A stretch of 60,893 bases of DNA, counting the filler, from Rhizaria sp. SCN 62-66 (lineage: Eukaryota): assembly GCA_001724265.1 (NCBI GenBank). It is 2 parts of 2 records of this genome, joined end to end, with 100 filler letters (N's around TTAATTAATTAA, not from the genome) between each part and the next. Parts side by side here need not be neighbours in the genome. Positions count along the whole stretch, not along the records: positions 1 to 30,224 come from MEDY01000368.1; positions 30,325 to 60,893 come from MEDY01000369.1. One strand, given 5' to 3'. Positions within the stretch are counted from its first letter, which is position 1. Each line of letters starts with the position of its first letter. Of this stretch, positions 27,370 to 39,623 are shown in pieces. The notes below the pieces were generated by a model. That model ran no database searches and was not told where the DNA came from. It worked only from the letters and a program-made list of their open reading frames with translations. The position numbers were made by a program, and so were the translations under genes.

Positions 27370-30224
27370 TTATTTCTCCACCAGATCCCGCAACGCATCG
27401 ACCGTGATCAGCCACTTCTCCACGTTCTCCCGGTAGCGCTTGTTGCTGCACAGCGCCAGCACAGGCTCCACCACGCTCTCGCGCAGCCAGCGTCGCTGGA
27501 ACGCCGTCATTGTCCGCGGCCGGTTGCTCTTCTTGTCATTAGTGTCATCGCCACTCTCCGTCCCTTCGCCCTCCGTGTTGTCGGTCGCAGTGTAACGCGC
27601 AACCATGCCATGGATGCAGTGTTTCAGCGACGACAGCAGCGAATTGATATAATACATCGGGTCGTCGGCCAGGCCCTCGCGCAGCCCCACGGCGGCAACC
27701 AGGGGCAGCAGGCCGGCGCGCAGCAGCAGCGGCGCGACCTCCCAGCCGGGCACAACTTTGTCCTCTGTGTCCGCCAAGATGGTCCGCGTCAGGAGGTACG
27801 CAACCGACCGAACGGCGTCGTCGTCGCCGTACTGCAGCAGCGCCAGCACGGCACCCAGGTGCGACTGCGACAAGTCCACCGCGGCGGCGAGCTCGTCGCG
27901 CGGCACGGGCGGCTTGTTGTGCGCGCGTCGCGCAAAGCCGTCCTGCCAGCGCTCGCCCGTTGCGGTGTCGTTGGCCGTAAGCGGGCCGCGTGTAGCGGAC
28001 CGCAGCGACGGCGTGGCCGCCAGGCAACACAGGTTATGAAGCGTGCGCCAAGCGAAGCGGTGGCCCGCGGCCCACATAGCGGGCGTCAACAGACGGTGGA
28101 ACGCAAAGGCTGCGCCACAACGCATCAGTGCCAAGAGGTTATTGAAGTTTTGCTTGCGTGTAATCGAACTCAATGCAGTTAAGCAACTCAGGAGACACTA
28201 CCACTATGGATACACCTGGGTGCCAAAGTATTTGACTGGCACCACTGGCAGCAGCGGCAGGAGACTCATCACGCTCGCGGCCATCACGTCAGCCGAGAGA
28301 CTCGCCGCGAGGGCTTGGGCTAAGAGGTCGACCAGGAGCGGTGCATCCTCCACCGCAAGGGTATTGACGTACGCAGTAAAAGCTTTGTTTGATGTGCGCA
28401 AGTTAGCTTCTTCGCGCTTCCGCACCTCGGCAATCTGCGCCGCCACGCCCGGCGCCACCGAGGCTCGCACGGCGGCTGCGGCGGCGCTGCATGCTTCACG
28501 CCAGGCGTCCATCACGTGCTCCGTGTTCTCCCAGAGCGCACTATTGAAGTCCTCGAAAAGGAATGCGTAGTTCCATTCGGGCTTCTCGAACGGGAGCTTC
28601 AGCCCAGTGAATGTGTTTGAGATACCGAGCATGTTCATCAAGCTGTAAGAGATCTCGAGCACTTGCTGCAAGCGCCGCTTGTTGTCCGCCTTCGTGACGT
28701 ACGAGTCACGCTTCGCCCTCGCACTCGCATCGGCAGCAGCTGCTGCCTTTGCCATTGCCTTTGTTCCCGCGGCCTCAGCGTCATCCTCATGGACAATGCA
28801 CGCAGTCGTGTCGCCGAGCATTGCCGTGCAGACAAGTCCGGCCAGTGGCGCGATCACGAACGAGAGCGCAGTCAAGCGCGACACCGCGTAGTGGCGCGAG
28901 ATGCATTGATCCTGAACAAGGTCCATGATCACAAACGACTCGCCACGACGGTATTTCATCGCAACAGCACTAGTCCCAACAAGCGAGACAATCATATCGC
29001 GGTAGGCGCTCCCAGTGCATGGCAATGTGCGCAGCGCGCGCTCAGCCAGTCGCAGTAGTTTGATTTCGGCGCAGTCGTCAAAGGAATCCGGCAGCAAGTC
29101 CACGGCAAAATCGTCGAATGTGCACAACTTGCAGTTGCTGCGTTGTTTCTTGCCGTCGCAGACAGAAGAAGCATCGTCATTCGGGCTCGCGGCCGCGCAG
29201 TCGTCGTCATCATCGCTCGGACTGCGTCAGCACGGTAATTCTTGTCATTGTCCGTGGCCACGACCGCACCTGCGCTCGGAAGCGGCACGGCCACGGGACT
29301 GCCCACAGCGACCATCTCGTATACCGCGCGCTGGCTCACCGTGCAGCAGCGGTCCAGGCAGTCGGCCAGCGCGCCCACCAGCATCGGGCTCGTCAGCGGC
29401 GCCGCCAGCAGCGCCTTGTACACCGGCAATGCGAGTGCGCGCGCGAGCCGGGCGCGGTAGCGGCGCGGGGCGACGTTGGCCAGCCCCCGCAGCGCGACAG
29501 CGGCCAGCGTCGCCGTGGTCGGGTTGGGGGAGTAGAGCAACGGCACGAGCGTGTCGCGCGTGGCGGCGACCGCGGCGGGCGTGTCGTAGAAATGCTCGAA
29601 CCGGCGGCGGAGAAAGCGGAGCACGCGTTTGCAGAGGAAGGGGTATGATATCTCGCTCGCGCCCGCGCGGACCGCAGCCACGGTAGCACTGGTGAGCTCA
29701 TTGTCCTCGTTCTTGACGTTGACTGGGGGAGGCAGGTCCTCGACGTCGCCAAGCTGCTCAACGTCCTTCTCGGATTCGTCGTCCTCAGCCTCGGCGTCAA
29801 CCTCGTCTTCGTCCTCGGTCGCTTCGTTCTCACACACACCCTGGTCATCATCAGCAGCATCGTTGTCTGCCGCGTCCTCCTCCTCGAGCTATCGGGGGGC
29901 CACGGTATGTTTGACAAGTCGAAGATAGCGATAGAAGTGGTTGCCCACCACGTCCGCTGTCGCAGCGAGACGCGCGAGAGAGCTCAGCGCGTTGGGGTCG
30001 CTCGCTGCCGCAATCTCTTGTGTGCGGGGCACGTCGGGAATGTTAATGTCAACCATTTCGAGTAGATCGGTGGCAGAAATCGGGAACTCCGAGGGTTCTT
30101 TCCATTGATACGTTCGCAAGAGCTATGTACTTCGGGCAAGTTGCGTCACGACCGCGCGAACAGAGGGCGACAGCAAGCCACCGATCGCCTCACGTACTGC
30201 GAATGTATGCTCCATGTGAATGGG
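27370..30224 (-). CDS. Divergent ARM-repeat (importin-alpha-like) gene with 4 in-frame TAGs and one frameshift near 29225; 5' end may run into the gap; may be a pseudogene
   Basis: ARM-like segments 'LVPLLYSPNPTTATLAAVALRGLA', 'FAWRTLHNLCC' and 'LALLQYGDDDAVRSVAYLL'. ORFs 29889-30119 and 28992-29837 share a frame, as do 28204-29127 and 27370-28173, and each pair is separated only by TAG codons. Terminal stop TAA. Confidence 0.6.
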
Positions 30225-30324
30225 NNNNNNNNNNNNNNNNNNNNNNNNNNNNNNNNNNNNNNNNNNNNTTAATTAATTAANNNNNNNNNNNNNNNNNNNN
30301 NNNNNNNNNNNNNNNNNNNNNNNN
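30225..30324. other. Artificial contig-join linker: 44 N + TTAATTAATTAA (six-frame stop) + 44 N
   Basis: Exactly 100 nt, symmetric N runs around a palindromic all-frame stop. Confidence 0.95.
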
Positions 30325-30869
30325 TAAATAAACCACGTAGTTTGATAACTTCTACGAAAGTGCGCCAAAGTCGCAAAAAAAGCGCGAAATCGCGTTTTTT
30401 AGTTGACGCTACATAGGGGTTATATTAATATGTGAACGCAGTCAGTGGATGTTATGTAAGACTCTTTCAGACTTGAATACTAGTAACATAATGTTTTAAG
30501 ATATTATGCACAGTCAGGGAACTTATACGTTTGTGGTGAGAACGTAGAGTGCCATAGTGGTGATACAACAGCTTTTTAGGTTACGTCTGAAGGCTCTTGC
30601 TAAAAAAGTAACATTGTGAGCTGTTAGTCGGGGATCGTGTCAAAAGAAAAGAACTCGTTCCAATTGTCCTAAGCTGTCTTCAACCGATGAAAAAACAGGA
30701 TATATTATTAAAACAAAGTGCTCAAATATGACAGTAGTGATGAGACAACATTTTTTAATTATATGACAGAGAATTACATCAATATGTATATTGCCAACAA
30801 GACCGTTAGTATCCTAAATTCAGACTGAGAAGCATCAAAGTACTTACATTTCGTAGTGGTACTTAAAAC

Positions 30870-30942
30870 AGTTCTATAGCTCAGTGGTATGAGCATTGGT
30901 CTAATAAGCCAATGGTCCTGGGTTCGACCCCCAGTAGGACTA
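30870..30942 (+). tRNA. tRNA-Ile (anticodon AAT), intronless
   Basis: Acceptor stem AGTTCTA/TAGGACT; D arm GCTC..GAGC; anticodon stem TTGGT/GCCAA with loop CT-AAT-AA; T arm CTGGG-TTCGACC-CCCAG; discriminator A. Confidence 0.92.
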
Positions 30943-30949
30943 TTTTTTT
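30943..30949 (+). terminator. RNA polymerase III oligo-T terminator of tRNA-Ile
   Basis: T7 run immediately after the discriminator base. Confidence 0.8.
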
Positions 30950-31740
30950 GTTCCTGGCTCCTCTAGCGTATTTTTTTGCTCGCGTCTGCACTGCTCAACA
31001 CCTGCCCGAGCGCGCCCTGCAGGCCTCATGACCATTCTTGCATTCGTGGTTGACAGACAGGTGGGCGGCATCTGAAGGCTCAGACTGTCTGTCCTGATCG
31101 TGTTTTTAAAAGCTATGACATGGTTTTGCTGACATGCTTGTTCTGACTTCACATGTGTTATTAATATGTTGTCCACTGCCACTTCGTTCTGTCAAATCCG
31201 AATGTTCAATGCTTAGTACTGTAATTTTTGTGACTAGTACTACTAGTAAAGTATTAATATCATCACATAAAATCGACGTCGTGTTTGTGCGCAAATGGTT
31301 AGCAATCTCACATTGTGGTTGCGTACACGTCGACACCACCTGCCCTGCCCCTTCTGCTGGGGTTCTCAAAAAATCACAAATTGTGACCCCTGTATGCTGC
31401 TCACGGTCACCACAGTCACAAGCTCGTTGGGACTACTTAGCTGCTCACTTGCTTGCAAACCGTTCCTTTCGTCCTCCTCCGTTTCGCGACAACGTAGCAA
31501 TGTAATGATGTGCCACTTTGTGGCATTGTTAAATACGCAGTATTCGATGTGAAAATCAATTCAATTGTTTCGATCCCGCTTCTCAACCTTCCACTTCATC
31601 ATGTCACTCTTGTGTATTTTATAGCTTTGTTGTTCTTAGGAACACGTATTAGGTGAAATCTCTATCTCTACAGGCGCTCTCCTTGATATCCTGTTCGTTC
31701 CCTGTCTTTCTTTGCCAACCTTTGCTCAACAAGTAGGCTG

Positions 31741-32895
31741 ATGAGCAGGAAGACCTCGCAGGACTCCATGGAGTCTCAATCCAGCACTAGTATAAATATT
31801 AGTAACCCTGGCTCCGAGGAGGATGAAGGCGACGCTTACGAGGGCGAAGACGAAGCTTATGAGGGCGAAGACGAAGCTTATGAGGGCGATGACGGAGCTT
31901 ATGTTGACGAGAACGAGGACGAGGACGAGGACAACGAGTCTCAAGCGAAGCGCAACGAGCCGGCAAGCAGTAGCGCTGGGCAGAGTACCTCTGTTGTTCA
32001 GCTTAAAGTGCCGTATCAAGATAGTACGTCGTTCGATCGAATTAAGATCATCGTTATTCTAACATCCGTTAAGTGTGTTAAAACGTGCATCTCCCACTCT
32101 ATCTTGTTTTTTCATTGCTGACTCGCGCAAACTCACCCACATTGTCTTCTCGCTCTATCCACACACAGTCGTGAATGACGGCAAAACTCTCGCGGCTGCG
32201 CAGGATGAGGCGCGTCAAAAATCGATTCATGAACTTCAACAGCATCACGGTGAACAGAAGATTCAGCTCAAAAATGCAACTCAGGAGATGAAAAATGCTC
32301 AGAATACATTAGCTAACACAAGGAGGGAGGTTCGCAAGCTCACGGCTCTGGTCTCTGTGGCAAAGCGTGGTCTTTCCTCAAAACGGCACGCTCTTTCAGA
32401 GTCTCGTTCCGCTCTCGGGGACCAAGAAAATGTCCAGCTTAATGCCCAACTTGCGGTAATAAAGGCTACAGATCGCCTAACGCAGAGGTACGACAATCTT
32501 GCTATGGCAAGGTCTCGGCTGGCAAACGCGAATTCTCTTCTGTACGACGCAAACGATGCGCGTCATCTGGCACAGATTCACTTTGATATTGCGAATGCAG
32601 AGCTTGAAATGGCTCGCAATGTGGACGAAGTGGCGCAACGGGCAAGAAGGCGGGTAAGGAGCATGCCAGCGAGACGTCACTGGAAGATGATATTGCCAAC
32701 GGTATGAATGTTTCGACGTTTTTTGTTTGTATGGAGGAACAATTCGTTGTTGGCTAATCATAGGCTGCCATAGAGAAGTCATGTGCATACGACCGCGCGT
32801 TTGCGCATCAGCTTGTGATTGGATATGCAACATGGAGCAGTATTTATATCGATCGCTTTCGAACGAACGCAGTTTTACTATTGAACAACTTTTAA
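31741..32895 (+). CDS. Hypothetical acidic + coiled-coil protein; exons 31741-32023, 32169-32701, 32764-32895
   Basis: GTACGT..CAG intron (phase 1) joins the two listed ORFs; GTATGA..CTAATCATAG intron (phase 0) leads to a TAA stop; heptad-like central region. Confidence 0.55.
31840..31902 (+). repeat. 21-nt coding tandem repeat x3 (EGEDEAY)
   Basis: gagggcgaagacgaagcttat x2 plus one degenerate copy. Confidence 0.9.
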
Positions 32896-32930
32896 TGTAC
32901 AATGTACAACGAGGATTATGAAATACAACT

Positions 32931-32958
<28 letters not shown>
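32931..32958 (+). repeat. (AC)14 microsatellite
   Basis: Perfect AC run. Confidence 0.9.
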
Positions 32959-32963
<5 letters not shown>

Positions 32964-33532
32964 GCTGTACAATGTACAGTAATAAAAAAATATAAAAATT
33001 GGGTACTCCCGTTGGTCACCTTCCATGCAGATCCCTCTGAATAAAGTCAATTCTGTTTCAGGTGAGCTTCAATATGCCTTAATGATAAGCTTACCTGTAT
33101 ATGGCAAGGAGTGTTCAGACCCGCGAAAGCTTCCTGAACAGATAACGTGAGATAAAATAAGCTGCTTTGTATGACGCGCATCGTTTGAATTACCGTACTA
33201 AATAACAAGTAACTGGTGATAATATTTTTGCTGACATCATGTTTGTTCTGACTTAGTAACGTACACATGCTACCGCCAGCTTGTTGCTGGTGTTTCAAGA
33301 AATAAAAAAAGCCCAGCTTCACTTCCCTTCGTATTACGTTACTCGTGTCCTAGTTTTTGTCTATAACTGCTCCAGTAACTTAAATTTAAACAATATCACT
33401 TTGTATTAACGTAAAACTATGTAATGGAGCTTATTAAAATCGTATCAAGCTTAGTTATGGCCAGAAAAGCACCGCTGGCCGGATAATCTTCACGAGCATA
33501 AGTTGTCGCACACTCTGAGGGCGTAGCGAGGT

Positions 33533-33828
33533 TCACTTCTTGCTCTTGTTGTGCTTCTGCTTCTGCTGCGTTTGCTGTTGCTTTCTAGGCGACGCAACCG
33601 CCCTCTCACGCAACCCCGCAGTCTTCTCCTCCGCCGCAGAAACAGTTGCAGCAGCCGCAGCAGATGCAGCGTCAGTGTCAGCTTCATCATCATTGTCGTC
33701 ATCGATGTCGTCCCCGAGACCCGCCTCAGCGCCCGCAGCGCTGCCATTACCCACACTCTCATCACCCGCGTTAGCGTTGGCAGCGACACCGCTATTGCCG
33801 TTGTTATTATTGCTGTTGTTATTGTTGC

Positions 33829-33901
<73 letters not shown>

Positions 33902-34555
33902 ATTGCCGATAATTGGGTCTGAGAAGCTTGTGCCGATGAAGTCTAGCGCCGAGGGCTCGATGGCGATACCGCGCGCGCGCAGGGCGTCGTCGATCTGCAG
34001 CGTGATGGTCGCGATGTGCACGCGGTAGCGGCGCCACAGTGCGAGGCCGAAGCACAGGCTCAGCAGCGCCAGGAACAGAAGCACGGCGATGATCGCCAGC
34101 TGTCGTTAAAAACATAGAGCAAGCGAAACAAAGCAACAACAACAAAAATCAAGAGTGAGATAACAAAATCAGCCGATAGCAAAGGGAGTACAATAAAAAT
34201 ACAAGAACAGCTCAAGTAATGATTGATGTCGATGAGCAATGAACAGATTAAGTTAGTGATGACTCATTCTTTTCACAAGAGGATGACGTACCACAGCTCG
34301 GTCGGCCTCAGAGAAGGAAAAGAGCCACCTGATCAAGAACCCGGCGACTCTCTCTCTGCCCGCGGGACCGGCGCCGGGCAGCGGGGGCGTGAGCGGGCTG
34401 CCCGTCCCACCGCCGCCGCCGCCGCCGCCGCCGTTGCTGCCGCCGTTGAGAACTGTGTCAGCAACGGTCGAGGCCGCGGAGGCGACGACGTCGGGGAAGG
34501 CCGCGATGTCCCAGTCGTCGAAGTTGTCCGGGATAAACACGCGTTCGGACTCCAT
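33533..34555 (-). CDS. Hypothetical single-pass membrane protein with poly-Asn tract; exons 34555-34292, 34099-33533 (276 aa)
   Basis: GTACGT..CAG phase-0 intron; TM 'LAIIAVLLFLALLSLCFGLALW' followed by RRYR; stop TGA. Confidence 0.7.
33800..33906 (-). repeat. (AAC)n coding microsatellite, poly-Asn
   Basis: Long (TTG)n run on the + strand. Confidence 0.95.
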
Positions 34556-35268
34556 CGGGGACGCGGCGAGGAAGGCGACTGAAGGCGCAGCGGTGGCTGG
34601 GGAGATTCAGAGGGCACGAGCGGACGCGGGTCGTCGGGCTTCTGATCAAAGGGGGACCTTCACTGGAAGGCGCAGAGAGGCTATATGTCCCTCAGAAGGG
34701 CTTTAATTACAGAATTAAGCTTTCAAAGCAAGGATAAAAAGGATATCCAAACTGAAGCCTAGTTGACGAACGTTAAGACTGTTTCCTGGCTATATCGTGA
34801 GTCGCTCGAGGGGCAGTCGGGGCGGGCCCTCCAGCGACGAGGCAATTGGGACGTCGGCCATTCTAAAGTCTCTATGTGCGTTATCTCCCATCGTCATTCC
34901 GCTCTATGTTCACGCGAACCAGTTTGGCCATTTATTTTTGTAGATAATCTCATTTCTTGTTTGTCTATATTATGACGGGATTATGTTGAATTGCTCGTGC
35001 CGAATGCTCTCGCTCCGAAAATGAGCCGCCAAATTTTTGGGCCCTCTGTTCTTATCACTATCCTTATTTTTTCGTCTTACTGCATTTTTTTGGAGCATAT
35101 TCTAGCTATATCTGTCTGATATATTCATAAGCCTTTTCAAGGACGACTTCTGGGCTTTCAAAAACACCCGCAAAACCTTCGGGCTCCTCTGCTCCGCTTC
35201 CCTTGCAACCTTCGCTCCCGCAAAGTCGCAGCCGTAGTCATCGTTCCCCGTTTCGCTTCTTTGCTCCG

Positions 35269-38200
35269 ATGCGCTTCCCGTTTCTGATAACCCGCGCGCT
35301 GTTGTGCGCCGCCCTGTTTGCGCTGTGCGCGGCGTCCTTCGCGCACGCCAAGGGCCCGCGCCGCATCGTCAGCGTCGATCCCGGCTGGGCCTACTACATC
35401 CCCGCCACACCCACTATCGCTTTCTCTTCTCGGCCCTCCGCCGCTGAGGGCCCGCGGCTGGTGCCCGAGACGATCACGGTGTACGGCGACGACTTTACGA
35501 CCCCCAACTACACCCTGCTCGCCGTCTCGCTCGACGGCATCATCTGCCGCAACCCCACCCCAGTCAACTCTACCGCTCCCGCTGCCACCGCGAACCCCGC
35601 AAACGATGTGATCACTGCCAGTGCGGGCGGAGCCACTGCGTCGACGCCCCGCTCCGGCGTCGCGCGCGCGGCCCCCGTGGCGGCCGTGACGGGCATCCGG
35701 TGCACGTTGGACGCCTCGACCGCGCCGGCCGAGGTCCTCGCCGACCTGGCCGCGACGGGCCTCGTCTCGGTCGAGGTCTCCACCGTCTGGCAAACGCCGG
35801 CGGGTGGGAACAAGACCGTAACGCTGCCGCGCGGCATGGTGTTGTACCAGCCCGCGATCCGCGCCGTGGTGCCGCCCGCTTTCGAGGCCACGGGCGAGAG
35901 CGAGGTGCGCGTCACGTGGCAGGGGCTGCACCGCGATCACTGGGCGCGGCTTGCTGTCACGCTCGCCGGCGTTGCCACCACGACGCTGCGCGTGACGGGC
36001 CACTACGCCGTGGTTAAGGCCTCCGTGGTGCCGCTGGACGAGGATCAGGAGCGCGTCAACGGCGACATTGTCGTCTCGCTCCTCCCCCCAAGCCACAGCG
36101 TCAACGCCGCCCATGACGACTGCTCCGGTCAAAGTGATGAAGACACCGCTGCTGCTGCTGCTGCTGCTGCTGATGCGAGCGATGCGGCGCTGATGCGCGC
36201 GCTCAGGGCCGCCACCGCGAGCCTCACCAAGGCCTACTCACAGTCATCTGCGAATGCGAGTGCGCGTGCTACGGGACTGACTGGGGACCCAATCCTGGCC
36301 GTGCTGCCGGCGGCGGTCAACGTGACGAACCGGGCCCGGTTGAACAACCCCGTGGTGACGCGCGTGTCCCCGTCCTGGGCCTTCACCACCGCGGCCGAGC
36401 TGGTCACCGAGACCGTGACCGACCCCAAGACGGGCAAGCTGTCCACGGTCACCGTCAAGCGCGCCATCGACCCGCGCGCCCGGGGGGCGACGATCAAGCT
36501 TACGCTGACTGGGTCCGCGCTGGGCAACGTCGAGCAGGCTGGCGTCAACGGGCTTACGTGCCAGAACGTCTTCATCGAGGACGACAGCACGCTCACCTGT
36601 GACCTCCCCGCCTGTCTCGTCGTCAACGGCGCCGCGGGCAATGGCGACGGCTCTGCGGGCGATTTGGCTGCGGCCGAGAGCAACGCGTCGTGCGTGGGAC
36701 CCGGCTGGATCGGGCTGTACAACGACCACACGCAGATCGGCTACGCCGGCTTCGAGTTTGTCAAGCCGCCGCTGTTCGAGAGCCTGTACCCGGGCACTGA
36801 CATCCCCTACTCGAGCGACGCGTTCCTCACGCTGCTGCTAAGCCAGTTTAACCCGCACGTGCCCTTCTTACTGACGGTCGTCGACACGACCATCTCGGAC
36901 GAGTCGATGTGGGGTCGTTCCTCGGAGCCCTGCTACCTGCGGCTCATCCTCCCGCGCTGCGCAGACTGCACTGAGACGCGTCGTGGGTCCATCTCGCTCC
37001 AGGACTCGGACGCCGTGCTGCCGACTTATACATTCGCTGTCGAAGTCTCGCGCGTGCCGCCGCCGCCGCCGAACGTCTTCTCCGCGCTGCCCAGCTCTAT
37101 CGTGCTCGGCGACGACGCGCACGCGCTCACTTTTACCGGGGATTCGCTGCTCGCCGTCAGCCGCGTCGCCATCTCAGTCGACGTCCCCGACACCGTCACC
37201 GCTAACAACAACAACAACAACGATGCTGCTGCTGATGCTGCTGTGTACGCTGCGGATGGCACGCTGCTCGCCGGCCCCGTGGTGACTTCTCGCGTTCTGC
37301 GCAGCGACGGCAGCGGCGAGTACGCTCTGTCGCGCACGCGTCAGGTCGAGTTCGTCCTCGCGGCCGACATTGAGGCCAGCGACACCAAGCTCTCGGGCTC
37401 CTTCCCCTACTGCGGCGTCAGCGAGACGGCCTGCCTGCCGGGCGAGTACCCCGTCGAGCTCTACGACGCCGACGGCGCTCTCATCGTGCGCTCGCAGACG
37501 CACATCGTGCTGGCGTACAGCGCCGAGCCCGGTCTGCAGCTGCAGCTTGTGTTCGCGCAGGTCGCCGACGACTACGACAACGTCGACGCGTTCCTGGCGA
37601 AGCTGCTCGCGGTCCTCACCAACATCTACCCGGGCACTACCAAGCCCGTCAACAGCAGTGATGACGGCGCGAACCACAACAACGAGGCGCGCTCTGTCTC
37701 TGTTTCCACTGGCGTCCGCTCTCGTCTCGCTTCCCGTCTGTTCTCGACTCCCGTGAGCACTGTGTACTCCGCCGTTACCTCCGAAGTGACTGTGGGCGAG
37801 GGGCTGGACGCGCGCCTCGTGCTCAAGCGGTCGTCCAAGTGGAAGTCCGCGCTGCGCTCGAGCGTCAACAACACGCGCGTCATCGTCCAGTTCTTGCCCG
37901 GCTTTAACCTCGACACGTCGCCGTCCCCGACCGCGGGCGTCGCGGCCGTCCAGAACGCTATCGACACGCCCGGCTCGGCACTGCGCCTCGCGCTGCCCAA
38001 ACTCTCGGTCTCGCGCACGCAGGCGCAGACGGCGGTGACCGTGGCGCGCTGCGGGCTCGACTCGTTTAAGAGCGACTGCGCGCTCACGGCAGCACAGGAG
38101 GACGAGGTTGACGAGGCCTGCGGGCTCGACTGCACGCCGGGCGACGACGACAGCGGCGGCGGCGGCGGCGGCATAGACCCCACGCGCATCATCGTCATGG

Positions 38201-38508
38201 TCACCGTCGTGTCGCTCGTCGCCGCCGTCGCGATCATCGTCATGATGCTGCGCGCGCGCAACCGCCGGAGCAAGCGCGCGCGCGCTGGGCAGGCGCCGAG
38301 CGGCGGGATCATCGGCAGCAGCGGCGGTGGCGGCAGCGGCAGCGTCACCGGCGACGCGTACGGCGGCGTCACGACGGGCGGCCTGCTCGACGAGGACGAG
38401 GTCGACCGCGAGTTTAAGGCGCTCGACTGCGCCAACGTGAGCGTCGGCCGCAGCTTCGGCGAGGCCGACTGCAGGCACCCCTCCTACGACAGCACCGGCA
38501 TCAACTGA
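35269..38508 (+). CDS. Type I membrane/surface protein with IPT/TIG-like beta domains
   Basis: Signal peptide 'MRFPFLITRALLCAALFALCAASFAHA'; repeated 'PVVTRVSPS..LTLTGSAL' / 'PNVFSALPS..LTFTGDSL' IPT-like motifs; TM 'IIVMVTVVSLVAAVAIIVMML' then RARNRR; stop TGA. Confidence 0.75.
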   Translation: MRFPFLITRALLCAALFALCAASFAHAKGPRRIVSVDPGWAYYIPATPTIAFSSRPSAAEGPRLVPETITVYGDDFTTPNYTLLAVSLDGIICRNPTPVNSTAPAATANPANDVITASAGGATASTPRSGVARAAPVAAVTGIRCTLDASTAPAEVLADLAATGLVSVEVSTVWQTPAGGNKTVTLPRGMVLYQPAIRAVVPPAFEATGESEVRVTWQGLHRDHWARLAVTLAGVATTTLRVTGHYAVVKASVVPLDEDQERVNGDIVVSLLPPSHSVNAAHDDCSGQSDEDTAAAAAAAADASDAALMRALRAATASLTKAYSQSSANASARATGLTGDPILAVLPAAVNVTNRARLNNPVVTRVSPSWAFTTAAELVTETVTDPKTGKLSTVTVKRAIDPRARGATIKLTLTGSALGNVEQAGVNGLTCQNVFIEDDSTLTCDLPACLVVNGAAGNGDGSAGDLAAAESNASCVGPGWIGLYNDHTQIGYAGFEFVKPPLFESLYPGTDIPYSSDAFLTLLLSQFNPHVPFLLTVVDTTISDESMWGRSSEPCYLRLILPRCADCTETRRGSISLQDSDAVLPTYTFAVEVSRVPPPPPNVFSALPSSIVLGDDAHALTFTGDSLLAVSRVAISVDVPDTVTANNNNNNDAAADAAVYAADGTLLAGPVVTSRVLRSDGSGEYALSRTRQVEFVLAADIEASDTKLSGSFPYCGVSETACLPGEYPVELYDADGALIVRSQTHIVLAYSAEPGLQLQLVFAQVADDYDNVDAFLAKLLAVLTNIYPGTTKPVNSSDDGANHNNEARSVSVSTGVRSRLASRLFSTPVSTVYSAVTSEVTVGEGLDARLVLKRSSKWKSALRSSVNNTRVIVQFLPGFNLDTSPSPTAGVAAVQNAIDTPGSALRLALPKLSVSRTQAQTAVTVARCGLDSFKSDCALTAAQEDEVDEACGLDCTPGDDDSGGGGGGIDPTRIIVMVTVVSLVAAVAIIVMMLRARNRRSKRARAGQAPSGGIIGSSGGGGSGSVTGDAYGGVTTGGLLDEDEVDREFKALDCANVSVGRSFGEADCRHPSYDSTGIN

Positions 38509-39623
38509 AGAGGCTGGCGAGGTCGTTGTTTCGCAAACACACGAAGTCGAGGTTGTTACTAAAATATTGGAGGCTTTGACTGTGTTTGAAGAGTCTGTGT
38601 CGCCTGTGTGCTCATTTTTGGATGTGTGTCTTTCGTTCGTTCGTCTGGATGTGCCGTCCATCACTTATCTGCATCCGATGCAGGCATGCTATGCTGCGCA
38701 TTTTTTATTCTGTGAGATGATGAGATCTGTGTTTAGTAAAGAGTGTTTCATTGTATACTTTGCTGTGTGCATTAGATCTATTTTTATGTTCTTTTTTCTT
38801 CTTCTTGAAATCGAGGCCTTGGTCTCTGTTGTGTTTTGTGTATGATTGCGACAGCAACGATTCTGACAGGTCACAGTGTCCCAGACTACGAGAGATGACC
38901 GTGGTAATGTGATGTCACACGGCGATGTGTTCACTGGTGTGGGTTCAACCGCCAGTGCGCTACCGTGTGACGCTGTCATTTTCTTCCTTCCTGTTTCCTA
39001 TTACTGCTATTGTTACTGTTCCTGCTACCGTTACTGCTTCTGTTTTTGTTCCTAGTATTTCTGCTCATGTTCCTGTAAGACCGATTGTTGTGTTTTCGCA
39101 CTGTGTTCACTTAGTTATATTTTTGTCACGATCTCTTGCTTTGCTTGCATGCACTTTTGCACAATGTACGTTCCTCATACGCAACAATTCCTATTTCTCT
39201 CTATTCGATCACGATGTTTGTTTAGCTGTACATAATGCTGCCGATGCTGCTGATGCTGATGTCGACGTTTTCTTATTAACGTTGATGCGCGCGCGCGCGT
39301 CGATAGCACTGTATAGCTCCACACATCTGTCGAAGTTGTTGCGAGGCGCGTACAAGTGACAGTGTATGTGTTTAAACATTAAATCAAGATTGATGATGAC
39401 CAAGCTAACAAGTTGACTGCAAATGCAAAGCACCCTTTTGTTTTGGTCCAAAAGAGATAGCAACGCGATCAGAAAAGGAGAAACTCAGACTTTCTCAATA
39501 CATCTTAGTGATTGTTTTATACTATTTTTGTGTGGCAATTAAGTAAAGCTATTGTGTATTCTTATGTAAACTCTCTGTAAATAAGTGGAACTAACTCTTA
39601 CTCTATCAATCAATCAGAAGTTC

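Noticed and set aside
30269-30280. Palindrome TTAATTAATTAA as a biological element
   Set aside because: It is embedded symmetrically in Ns, so it is an assembly linker.
30896-30912. tRNA loop CTAATAA begins with CTA, tempting as a UAG-decoding tRNA
   Set aside because: With the 5-bp stem and 7-nt loop, the anticodon is AAT (Ile) and CT are positions 32-33. No suppressor tRNA is visible in the window.
31840-31902. Direct repeats here and at 1092-1168 as CRISPR-like arrays
   Set aside because: They are spacer-less, in-frame coding repeats in a eukaryotic gene context, with no cas genes.
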